Of a stretch of DNA of 20,000 bases, positions 8,434 to 16,439 are shown in pieces. The notes beneath the pieces were generated by a model that was not told where the DNA came from, made no database searches, and saw nothing but the letters and a program-made list of their open reading frames with translations. Within the stretch, counting starts at the first letter, position 1, and each line of letters begins with the position of its first letter. The stretch is from an uncultured virus (IMG/VR IMGVR_UViG_3300020414_000716) (lineage: Duplodnaviria > Heunggongvirae > Uroviricota > Caudoviricetes), in the IMG/VR virus record IMGVR_UViG_3300020414_000716; one strand, 5' to 3'. The translations under genes were made by a program, and so were the position numbers.

Positions 8434-10002
8434 TTATTTTTCCCCTTTTTCCCTCAAACGAGGTTCTTTTCTATTGTAATTTTGTGATACAATCGATAGA
8501 TTCGACTTATCGTTATTCATAGGATTGTTATCTTTATGATGAACGTCCTTTCCTTTGATTCCTTTTCTGTTTTTTAGAATTCTTCGTGCTTCATTTCTTT
8601 TTGCACGTCTTCTAATTTGTTCAGGTGAGGAATGATAATTCTCATATTCCTTTTTGTAATTTCTCTTACTTTTAGTTCCACAATCTCCTTCGTCTAGTGT
8701 ATCACCAAATTTAAGAAATAACTTTCCTTTTGCTTGTTTCTTATCGGTAACTTTCGCACCAACAAAAGAACCAAGTGTATTCAACATACCAATACCTTTT
8801 TCTTGGTTTTTTCTAATTTCTCTTCCAACCTGACTTTTAATTTTTTTCATTACAGAATCGATTATCTCTTCGATACTTGCAACTAATTTACCTTCGTCAA
8901 CTGACTCACTCATAACAAGTACACTAAGTTGATTAATCAATGTAGTCAACACTGGTGTAGGCATTGTAGAAATAACTTGTATTTGTTTTTTAGATATTCC
9001 TTTAATATTCTTTATCTTTTTTAGAATTTGGTCTCTATTCTCTTCAATCTCTTCACCTTGAGCTCTTTTGATTTGGTCATCTGTAGGAGCGCCTTTCGCA
9101 CCTTTCTTTCTCATTTTCTCACCACGTGCTTTCTTTGCACGAATGTTATCCCAAAGTCCTTCTTGTTTATTCTTTAAAGATTTACCATGTTTGTCGTAAC
9201 CAGGCTTTCCTGCCTTTTCTTTTTTAGATATTGCGATTGCAGCTTGTTGAGCTCTTGATTTACCACCTTCTTCTAGTTCAACTTCTTCGTTTTTCTTTCT
9301 GTCTGCTTCTCTTTTCTTTTGTATCGCAACGTCTTGTGTTTCTTTTTCTTTTGCACGGTCAAGTCTTTCGTTTTCTCTCTCATGTCGGTCTTTCATGTTT
9401 TCGAGTTCTCTCTCGTGTTTTAATTTAAGACGTTCCATTTCATCAGTCTGTTGTGCTTTCTTTTGTGCCTTTTGGACTGCAACATTATCTTCTTCTAGAC
9501 TTTCACCTCTAACTTGTTTTGCAAGGTCAGCGTCTGCTTTACCCCATGTTCCTTTTGACTTAGTTATAAAACTGTTAACTCTTGCCATTGCCCACTGAGG
9601 TGCAGTTGCGCCTGGTCTATGTCCACCTTTATAAGCTGCAAGTCCTCTGTTATAAACTTTTTTAAGAATACTCAAAGGCATTCCTGACTTTTCTGCTTTC
9701 TTCTTTAGACCTTCAACGTTTTCTCCAAACATTTTTTCTGCCTTTTTAGTGTGAACTGACTTTTTAGTTTTTGCAGTTGCATCACCTGGCGCAGGCCCTT
9801 CTTTTCCTTTCTTGAAGTGTGCTGCCCTTTTGTCTTTTGTAGACTTAGACATATCTCCTGCATAATACTTTGCAGGTTGTGTACCCTTTTTATCTTTTAT
9901 CTCAGGGTCTTGTTTTACTTCTGCAAAAATAGACTTAAAGGTCTCAATATCGTCCTTTCGACTTTGTCTTTGTGCATTAAGTATTTGGTCTAAAATATCC
10001 AT
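8434..10002 (-). CDS. 522-aa modular protein with a DUF5824-like domain and a C-terminal HNH endonuclease domain
   Basis: KKAEKSGMPLSILKKVYNRGLAAY..GHRPGATAPQWAMARVNSF (DUF5824-like). C-terminal KDVHHKDNNPMNNDKSNLSIVSQNYNR (HNH). Acidic linkers lie between modules. Confidence 0.8.
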   Translation of the reverse strand: MDILDQILNAQRQSRKDDIETFKSIFAEVKQDPEIKDKKGTQPAKYYAGDMSKSTKDKRAAHFKKGKEGPAPGDATAKTKKSVHTKKAEKMFGENVEGLKKKAEKSGMPLSILKKVYNRGLAAYKGGHRPGATAPQWAMARVNSFITKSKGTWGKADADLAKQVRGESLEEDNVAVQKAQKKAQQTDEMERLKLKHERELENMKDRHERENERLDRAKEKETQDVAIQKKREADRKKNEEVELEEGGKSRAQQAAIAISKKEKAGKPGYDKHGKSLKNKQEGLWDNIRAKKARGEKMRKKGAKGAPTDDQIKRAQGEEIEENRDQILKKIKNIKGISKKQIQVISTMPTPVLTTLINQLSVLVMSESVDEGKLVASIEEIIDSVMKKIKSQVGREIRKNQEKGIGMLNTLGSFVGAKVTDKKQAKGKLFLKFGDTLDEGDCGTKSKRNYKKEYENYHSSPEQIRRRAKRNEARRILKNRKGIKGKDVHHKDNNPMNNDKSNLSIVSQNYNRKEPRLREKGEK

Positions 10003-10008
10003 ACAATC

Positions 10009-10016
10009 TATTTATC
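10009..10016 (-). promoter_or_regulatory. Late promoter GATAAATA overlapping the upstream stop codon
   Basis: GATAAATA-GATTGT-ATG(10002); its TAA is the stop of ORF 10012..11334. Confidence 0.65.
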
Positions 10017-11334
10017 TCTTTTTGCGAGTTAACTCTCCATGCTTCTTACGAGTTAACTCCATTTCTTTCCATGCGAGTGCAGTCTTATTAGTAGGGAATT
10101 TTTGAACCCAACTCATAAGATGTCCAAATAACCCTGAAGCTTTCTTTTGAAGTGACTGAACAGTATCGTCATTTACTATTTCTATAAAGTCTTTTCCAAA
10201 CATTCTCTTGAATATAGCTGCATTTTTTGCTACTGCTTCGTGTTCTTTTATTAATATTTCGGGTGGAAGTGTTCTTGGTCTCATTGAATTAAGTCTTTGT
10301 GCGAGTTCTAAACTGGTTTTAACAAACACCATTTTATACTCATATCCTAATTTATCTAACTGTTTTTTGTATGCTTGTATTTTACCTGCTTTTGCACTTG
10401 TAGTGTCAAAGATTAATCCTAATCTTTCAGGCATATGCATATCCATTTGTTTTTTTGCAGTTGCTTTTGCTCTTGAACGAAGTGCATCTCTTTTAGGATT
10501 TACTGTACCACTTCCAGTTGCAGTCATTTTCATAGACATATTTGCATCTTTCATAAGTCTTTCAAAGTGTGTATCACTATTAATTGTTTTGAGTCCTAGT
10601 GACTTTAGTGCAAGTGCATCAACCACTGTTGATTTACCTGAACCTGGCCCACCCATTAAAAATACTGCTTTGAATATGCCTGGGTCATATACACCTTCAT
10701 GTAAATCTTGTGCCATGTAAATAGGCATAGTTTCTTCTCTGATACCCATACCTTGTCTGACTTCTTTATATAATAATTCTTGGTCTTTTAAATTTTTAGA
10801 TGCAACACCATTTTTAAATGAATCGAAATCCCCTTCTTCTGCAGCTGCTCTCATTTTACTTGCAGACATTCCTGAAACTAAATCGTCTGAATCGGGGTCT
10901 CTTTCTCCTGCAGAAATTATTTGAATTGAGTCAAAATTGTAATATCCATGTCTTCCTTTTGACCCGTTATACTTTTTGATAAGTGTATCGAACTCTCTAA
11001 CTCTATCTGAACCAACGACCATTCTTAGTTCTCTATATCCTTGTGAGTATAATTCTGTTACGATTTGGAAGATTTGTCTTGCGTTTGTTTTGATAATGTT
11101 TACTTTTCTTCCAAAGAATTTTTTCATCCATTTCTGTTTTGTATTATAGTCTAATGGATTCTTTTTAGGGTCTTGGGAATGAGACATAAAAACCAAAGGT
11201 GTAAATCCACCACTACTAGATTTTACTAGTGCATCGATAAGTTTACCGTGTCCTACAGTAGGTGGATTAAATCGACCAAAAGTTATTACTGCCTTTTGAC
11301 CTTTGTTTTCTTTGAATTGTCTAAACGTCTTCAT
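10012..11334 (-). CDS. Cytidyltransferase-like (HIGH-family) nucleotidyltransferase fused to a zeta-toxin/AAA_33-like P-loop kinase
   Basis: N-domain has FGRFNPPTVGH (HxGH equivalent), GSDR and MSASKMR. C-domain has AVFLMGGPGSGKS (Walker A), NSD and LIFDTT (Walker B-like), plus RxxxRxR lid (QRLNSMRPR). N-terminus MKTFRQFKE is CTS-like. Confidence 0.88.
   Translation of the reverse strand: MKTFRQFKENKGQKAVITFGRFNPPTVGHGKLIDALVKSSSGGFTPLVFMSHSQDPKKNPLDYNTKQKWMKKFFGRKVNIIKTNARQIFQIVTELYSQGYRELRMVVGSDRVREFDTLIKKYNGSKGRHGYYNFDSIQIISAGERDPDSDDLVSGMSASKMRAAAEEGDFDSFKNGVASKNLKDQELLYKEVRQGMGIREETMPIYMAQDLHEGVYDPGIFKAVFLMGGPGSGKSTVVDALALKSLGLKTINSDTHFERLMKDANMSMKMTATGSGTVNPKRDALRSRAKATAKKQMDMHMPERLGLIFDTTSAKAGKIQAYKKQLDKLGYEYKMVFVKTSLELAQRLNSMRPRTLPPEILIKEHEAVAKNAAIFKRMFGKDFIEIVNDDTVQSLQKKASGLFGHLMSWVQKFPTNKTALAWKEMELTRKKHGELTRKKR
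10025..10059. repeat. Short tandem duplication (24-nt period) of the palindromic GAGTTAACTC unit
   Basis: cgagttaactc at 10025-10035 and 10049-10059, encoding ELTRKKH-G-ELTRKKR at the C-terminus. Confidence 0.75.
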
Positions 11335-11833
11335 TGTCCTGATTCATTATCCTAAATTTTAGTAAAGACTTACCGTTTATTGTAATGTCTCCCTTTTCAT
11401 TTTTACCTATTTCTTTGACAACCATTTTCTTGTTTTTAAATCTTCCACCAAGAACTACGTCACCAACACTTATAGGCACTTGTATGTTTTCGTCCAATAA
11501 CTCTCCGAATGTTGCCATTCTAAAGTCGTCTTGAACTTTTGCATTCTTTCTCCACTGCCAACATGACCAGTAATTTGCTTTCCATTTTGGGCCTGGGTCT
11601 GTATCGCAACCCATTCTTGCACGGAATGATTTTAACCTTTCAGGGTCATCTCTTTTTATTTCCATAGAAGAACTTCCAAATGTTACTTTTACAACATTAC
11701 CTTTATCGTTCTTCACATAGACACCAAATTTCTTTGCAGAACCAGTAGGTAATCTAAAAGGTGAGTTAAGTGTAACTTTCCTTCCTTTGTACTCTGCTTC
11801 TTCTAATTCTAATTCATATAAATCTTCTGACAT
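11321..11833 (-). CDS. DUF5754-like protein plus a second small beta module
   Basis: KKFGVYV...KVTFG...ERLKSFRARMGC.....KANYWSCWQW motif, then the linker MATFGELLDE and the module VPISVGDVVLGGRFKNKK. Confidence 0.7.
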   Translation of the reverse strand: MSEDLYELELEEAEYKGRKVTLNSPFRLPTGSAKKFGVYVKNDKGNVVKVTFGSSSMEIKRDDPERLKSFRARMGCDTDPGPKWKANYWSCWQWRKNAKVQDDFRMATFGELLDENIQVPISVGDVVLGGRFKNKKMVVKEIGKNEKGDITINGKSLLKFRIMNQDNEDV

Positions 11834-11834
11834 T

Positions 11835-13040
11835 TTACTTATCCCATGCCTTAGCGGCGTTAAAATTATTCTGACTAAATTCCATTCTATCTACAAGTTT
11901 AACTGCAGAACCTGTACTATCGATTGCAACATAACCTTCAGGATTTACTACTTTAAATCCTGTATCAGTTCTTACAAAAGTTCCGATACTCTTTACTCTA
12001 TTTAGAGCGTCTATAATTAACTTTTTAGAGTCAATTAAGAATCCTTGGAACTTTGCAAGGTTATCAACCATTTTAGAAATTGACCTTAAATCACGCATGA
12101 TATTATCACCAATTTCTCTTTTAATCTTTTTGGTTTTCTCCATCTTAACTTTTGCAACAATCTTATCTTTCCAATAAGTTTCTACATGAGTTAGATAGTC
12201 TCTTCCGTTCGGATTCCACTTACCACTTCTAATAAGTGTGTTAGTGTATGTTTTATATGATGCACCTGCAGCTCCTTTTGAGTTTAGAACCTTTTGTACA
12301 TCATTAAATTTCTTCAGGTCTTTTGCAGTTATTCCATGAAATGCTTTACCTGTATTTGTAAGTGCTTGTGTAAGTGCAAGTGTTTCTCTTGCAGTCATGT
12401 TTCCATAACCAGTGGTGTCCTTATAAGTTGCATCATCTTGCCAAACTTTGGACGACTTAGGTGGAAGTTTTGCACCAAAAGATGCAGATAGTTTTTCGAT
12501 TGAAGAACCTGAATAAGTTGTGTGCCAAACTACACCTAGTGTTGCTTTACCTATTTCTTTTCCTAGTTGTGAATCTTTTAAAACTGCATACAAAATTGTG
12601 TTTGGTTGAAATGTAATGTACTCTTTACCGTCCATTTTTGTACTACTCTTATCACCTGAAGTAAACATTAAGTCTCCCTGCAGGATTTCTTTCATTCCAA
12701 GACCTGAAAAGGCATTAAATGCTTCTGTAAATTTGGATTTGAGTACACCGTTTAGGTCGGGTGAATCATTGATTTCCTTTACACTAGAATAGTAAAGAGC
12801 ACCCGTTTTATTGAATAGTGATTTTTTTGCAACGAAAAACTTTCCTGTTTCAGGGTGAGGGCCACACCAAATTGCAGGAGCACCGTCCCACTTAACAGTC
12901 ATATTAACTCTTCCCGATGCGTTACCTTTCATCATATCCCTAAGTTCTCTTAGGAAGTTGATACTCGCACGACCACCCGAAATTCCGTTGTTAATAATTT
13001 CGTCTTCTAAATGTTCTAAATGTAAGTTCTTTCCAGCCAT
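11835..13040 (-). CDS. DUF6267-like protein, covalent nucleotidyltransferase (RNA/DNA ligase) fold
   Basis: Ligase motif I TVKWDG (KxDG), motif III-like LQGDLMF, motif IV EGYV and motif V VKLVD. N-terminal KNLHLEHLED. Confidence 0.75.
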   Translation of the reverse strand: MAGKNLHLEHLEDEIINNGISGGRASINFLRELRDMMKGNASGRVNMTVKWDGAPAIWCGPHPETGKFFVAKKSLFNKTGALYYSSVKEINDSPDLNGVLKSKFTEAFNAFSGLGMKEILQGDLMFTSGDKSSTKMDGKEYITFQPNTILYAVLKDSQLGKEIGKATLGVVWHTTYSGSSIEKLSASFGAKLPPKSSKVWQDDATYKDTTGYGNMTARETLALTQALTNTGKAFHGITAKDLKKFNDVQKVLNSKGAAGASYKTYTNTLIRSGKWNPNGRDYLTHVETYWKDKIVAKVKMEKTKKIKREIGDNIMRDLRSISKMVDNLAKFQGFLIDSKKLIIDALNRVKSIGTFVRTDTGFKVVNPEGYVAIDSTGSAVKLVDRMEFSQNNFNAAKAWDK

Positions 13041-13080
13041 AGTTAGTCTGTTGCAATATATTATTGTAAGTTTACATTAC

Positions 13081-13088
13081 TATTTATG
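13081..13088 (-). promoter_or_regulatory. Late promoter CATAAATA heading the late cluster
   Basis: Intergenic, 40 nt upstream of ATG 13040 and just downstream of a terminator. Confidence 0.7.
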
Positions 13089-13109
13089 TAAATGCAAGCA
13101 TTAACACAC

Positions 13110-13136
13110 AAAAAAAGGGGTCTGCAGAACCCCTTT
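13110..13136 (-). terminator. Rho-independent terminator
   Basis: Minus strand AAAGGGGT-TCTGCAG-ACCCCTTT continuing into a T7 tract, 21 nt after the stop of ORF 13158..13586. Confidence 0.85.
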
Positions 13137-13157
13137 AAAAACGTGTGGTTTTTAGAA

Positions 13158-13586
13158 TTAATCTACTGTTGCAAGCATTTCTGTATGAGTTGCTTCCATT
13201 CGTTCATAATCTGTTTTCATTTGAGCTGCTTCTGCATCCCAGTCTGAACGTCTGTTAGTGAAGTAATCCCATTGAGCCCATGATGCAGAACCTTCTGAAT
13301 CTGATTGTTCAGTTACATCAGGGTATCTTGTTCTCCACGCAGGATAATATTCATGAGCACCTTTAAGTGTATGTGTAAGTTCATCACCTGAAGTTTCTTG
13401 AAGATTATCATACTGATTAGTTGAAGCATTCCATGTTCCAGTTCTTAATTTATAAGTTCCTTCAACACCTGTCATCCATTCCCAGCGTTTTTTTATTGTA
13501 TTAATTTCTGCAAGATAAGTGTCACACTCTGCTTGTGTGAATACTCTTCCGTCTTCAATGTAGGTGTTTCCTGATGTTGCTGCCAT
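13158..13586 (-). CDS. Hypothetical protein, monocistronic late gene
   Basis: 142-aa W/Y-rich ORF with TATAAATA promoter, AGGAG RBS and its own terminator. Confidence 0.8.
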   Translation of the reverse strand: MAATSGNTYIEDGRVFTQAECDTYLAEINTIKKRWEWMTGVEGTYKLRTGTWNASTNQYDNLQETSGDELTHTLKGAHEYYPAWRTRYPDVTEQSDSEGSASWAQWDYFTNRRSDWDAEAAQMKTDYERMEATHTEMLATVD

Positions 13587-13606
13587 ATAAATCTCCTGTA
13601 TCTCTT

Positions 13607-13614
13607 TATTTATA
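13607..13614 (-). promoter_or_regulatory. T4-type late promoter TATAAATA
   Basis: TATAAATA-AAGAGATAC-AGGAG-ATTTAT-ATG(13586); contains the stop codon of the 58-aa ORF. Confidence 0.8.
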
Positions 13615-13786
13615 TTTTTTGTAATGGTGTAGAAGATAGCTTAGAGTCTATTTTATCAATTTTCTCAGAAATTTTTTTAATATCCTCTTTATTTTGCTCT
13701 TTTTTTGCGTCCCTTAATGCGATTTTTAACTCAACCTTTTTCTGTAATTCGTTGAGTACCTCATGGGACTTTAAGTTCTTCTTCAT
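13610..13786 (-). CDS. 58-aa basic coiled-coil protein (not in the ORF track)
   Basis: MKKNLKSHEVLNELQKKVELKIALRDAKKEQNKEDIKKISEKIDKIDSKLSSTPLQKI*. Fills the gap exactly and has a late promoter 5 nt upstream. Confidence 0.75.
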   Translation of the reverse strand: MKKNLKSHEVLNELQKKVELKIALRDAKKEQNKEDIKKISEKIDKIDSKLSSTPLQKI

Positions 13787-13791
13787 ATTAC

Positions 13792-13799
13792 TATTTAGG
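13792..13799 (-). promoter_or_regulatory. Late promoter variant CCTAAATA
   Basis: CCTAAATA-GTAAT-ATG(13786), immediately after the gp41 stop. Confidence 0.65.
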
Positions 13800-13800
13800 A

Positions 13801-15195
13801 CTAGACTTTGAAATCTCCATATTTACTTTCTGTCCTTCCTCTATCAAAAACTGGTGTAGAATCATCTTCTTCTATCGCAGAATCAATCAATTCTTCTTGT
13901 GCTTCTTGTTCACAATCATATAATTTCATTCTTGCACGGTCTACACCAATAACAAATCTTTTAAAGATTGTTGGGTCGTTGTATCTATTCTTTAATTGTT
14001 TAACAACCATTTGGTCTAATTCTTCCAACTCTTCTGAAGTAATCAATGCAAACATAAAGTCTGCAGTTGCAGGAAGACCAAATGATTCTGAAGTGTCTGT
14101 AAGTTCAATATCTGTTGAACCATAACCACTTCTTGTTGTTTGAGTCGCACTCATAATTGGTACGTCAAACTCTACTGCAAGTCCTCTCAACTCTTCTGCA
14201 ATAGATTTAACAAGTGTATAAGAGTTCGCACCAGCACCAGGCCTGATTCTATGACTTGCACAAATGTTTAGATAATCAATAAAGATAATATCAGGTCTGA
14301 AGTCTTTCTTTAGTTCTAGTTCTTGTAACAAGTGTCTGAAGTGTCCTGTATGTGCAGATGCAGTAGGATATTCTTTTACAATTAGTTTACCTTTGGTTTT
14401 GTTTTTTAGTTTGTCAACTTTCTTACCAAATATATTTTTAGTGATTTCTCCTAGGTCTTGAATAGGAACATTCATAATATTTGCATCGATTCTCTCTGCA
14501 ATCTTTTCCTCTGACATTTCTAGTGTAATGTATAAAACATTTTTGTTCATCATTAAATGACTGGACGCCATGTGACACATAAACAATGATTTACCAACAC
14601 CAGTTCCTGCAAGACAAATGTTTAGAGTCTTGTTTGGTAATCCACCTTTGGTTACTTTGTTGAAGTATTCCAAATCAAATGGAATCTTTTCTTCTTCAGT
14701 ATGATAAAACTCCCACCTCTCGTCTGCATCTTCTAACTGGTCGTGACCAATATGCGTATCAAATGACACGGAAAGTGCATCCTTTAAAAGTTCAGGTATA
14801 TCACCTCTTGACCTTTGTGACTTCTCATCAAGAACCTCTATAGAGTCCATGACAGCGATGTAGATAGCCCTATCTTTGCACCATTTTTCTGCCTCGTCTA
14901 TTAACCAATCTTGTGGGGTTTCGTCTTGATGTGAACCAATCTCCTTTACGATAGTTTTAGAGGATTTTACAACACCGTCTTGTAGACTGGTATTGTTCTC
15001 TAAGTTAATGAGAAGTGCCTCTATCGTAGGAGTTTTGGTATATTTGTCGAAGTATCCATGCACTTCTTCAAATACAGTTCGTTCATCGGTCTCGGTGAAG
15101 TACTCTGCCTTTAGAAAAGGAAGCACCTTCCGTGCAAATGAATCACTCTGAATCAGATTCTTCAGTATCGTCTGTTCTATTCTCGCTTGTTCCAT
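13801..15195 (-). CDS. 41: T4 gp41-like replicative DnaB-family helicase
   Basis: Walker [55 protein letters not shown]. Confidence 0.97.
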   Translation of the reverse strand: MEQARIEQTILKNLIQSDSFARKVLPFLKAEYFTETDERTVFEEVHGYFDKYTKTPTIEALLINLENNTSLQDGVVKSSKTIVKEIGSHQDETPQDWLIDEAEKWCKDRAIYIAVMDSIEVLDEKSQRSRGDIPELLKDALSVSFDTHIGHDQLEDADERWEFYHTEEEKIPFDLEYFNKVTKGGLPNKTLNICLAGTGVGKSLFMCHMASSHLMMNKNVLYITLEMSEEKIAERIDANIMNVPIQDLGEITKNIFGKKVDKLKNKTKGKLIVKEYPTASAHTGHFRHLLQELELKKDFRPDIIFIDYLNICASHRIRPGAGANSYTLVKSIAEELRGLAVEFDVPIMSATQTTRSGYGSTDIELTDTSESFGLPATADFMFALITSEELEELDQMVVKQLKNRYNDPTIFKRFVIGVDRARMKLYDCEQEAQEELIDSAIEEDDSTPVFDRGRTESKYGDFKV

Positions 15196-16201
15196 ACTTA
15201 AAATATCCTTGTGCGTGTTGTTCCAGTTGGTTCATTACGTCTTCTGTAAAGAACTTCTCAGGATTGTTATTAATGGTTTTACCAAATTCAGTTTTACCAT
15301 TAGGTAGTTTAACACGGGTTCCTTCTTTTGTAAAGACACCAAATGCAAGTGCCATATCAAGTAGTCCGTAATACCTATCCAACCCTTTCTCGTAAGATAA
15401 TCTAACATCGACCATTCTGTTTTCGACTGTCAATCTTGACTTTGCGTTTTTACAATGAACGATATTACCAATTACCTCTGTACCCTCTTTCTCCTTTTTC
15501 TTGGATAAGAAGATAATAGAAGAAGCTGCATACTTCAATCCACTACCACCACCCATTTCTTTCTGAGGGAACATAGAACCAATCACATCATAAGTGTGAT
15601 TTGTTACAACCATCGGTACTCCTGCACGACCAAGTTTAAGTGTAAGTACTCTGAATGCACCTTTAGTCACTTGAGCTCTAGTCATGTCCTTAGTCTCTTT
15701 ACCGTCTGCAGTGTCTTCGATTTCTTTAGTAGTTGATAACATACCAAGTGAATCTAGAACAAAAAACATTTTTGGTCTTTTAGACTTTGGAGTTTCGATA
15801 TACTTATCAAGTATGTTTATTGCTTGATTTCTGAATTGTTGAACAGTAACGACTGGAACAATCACAACCCTAGAAGAATCAATTCCTCTAGACTCAATCA
15901 TGTCTTTCGATATTGCAGATTCAGATTCAAAGTAAATAACTGCAGAATCTTTATGGTCTTCTAGAAACTGTTTAACTACTCCTAGTGCGAAGTATGTTTT
16001 ACCAGTTGCAGATTCACCAGCAAGTGCAGTAATTTTGTTTGAGGGAAGTCCACCGTATAGTGAACCACTTAGGAGTGCATTGAAAATGTGTGAACCAGTG
16101 TCGATAAATTCGTCAACGTCACCAGCTGCGACTCCTTCGGAAACTATATTTGCATATTCGTTTCCTGATGCCTTAATAAGGTCTTTTAATATACTTGTCA
16201 T
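15143..16201 (-). CDS. uvsX: UvsX RecA-like recombinase
   Basis: AGESATGKT Walker [27 protein letters not shown]4-like synteny next to gp41. Confidence 0.96.
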   Translation of the reverse strand: MTSILKDLIKASGNEYANIVSEGVAAGDVDEFIDTGSHIFNALLSGSLYGGLPSNKITALAGESATGKTYFALGVVKQFLEDHKDSAVIYFESESAISKDMIESRGIDSSRVVIVPVVTVQQFRNQAINILDKYIETPKSKRPKMFFVLDSLGMLSTTKEIEDTADGKETKDMTRAQVTKGAFRVLTLKLGRAGVPMVVTNHTYDVIGSMFPQKEMGGGSGLKYAASSIIFLSKKKEKEGTEVIGNIVHCKNAKSRLTVENRMVDVRLSYEKGLDRYYGLLDMALAFGVFTKEGTRVKLPNGKTEFGKTINNNPEKFFTEDVMNQLEQHAQGYFKYGTSENRTDDTEESDSE

Positions 16202-16229
16202 AATTTACACCTCTCATAATGTATATACT

Positions 16230-16258
16230 ATTATACAATGATTTAGGTTATTTGGTAA
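16230..16258 (-). promoter_or_regulatory. Sigma70-like (early/middle) promoter for uvsX-41
   Basis: TTACCA-17 nt-TATAAT, then a GAGAGG RBS before ATG 16201. Confidence 0.65.
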
Positions 16259-16439
16259 GGTGTTTTTCTAGATTATTTTCAGATAATTTTTTGAGGGATT
16301 CCCCTTTATGTAATCTAACATCGATATACTTTTCTACTGTAGATTTCAGGGTATGAATTTGGATTTCTATGACAACCAAACCTGCGACTATGAGTCCTAT
16401 CATAAAAATATAGAAACAGTCCATAGGGGTTATAATCAT
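16248..16439 (-). CDS. Small single-pass membrane protein
   Basis: 63 aa with one hydrophobic stretch (CFYIFMIGLIVAGLVVI); ATGA-coupled to the nuclease gene. Confidence 0.65.
   Translation of the reverse strand: MIITPMDCFYIFMIGLIVAGLVVIEIQIHTLKSTVEKYIDVRLHKGESLKKLSENNLEKHLTK

Noticed and set aside
10012..10700. Zeta toxin-antitoxin system
   Set aside because: The P-loop domain is zeta-like only at fold level. It is fused to a nucleotidyltransferase and no epsilon-like antitoxin is recognisable.
13051..13069. Imperfect inverted repeat TTACAATA-ATA-TATTGCAA in the leader of the ligase-like gene
   Set aside because: It is short, AT-rich and mismatched, so it cannot be distinguished from chance.
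15143..15195. 53-nt uvsX/gp41 overlap with no gp40 between them
   Set aside because: This is ordinary compaction in marine T4-like phages, and both proteins look complete.
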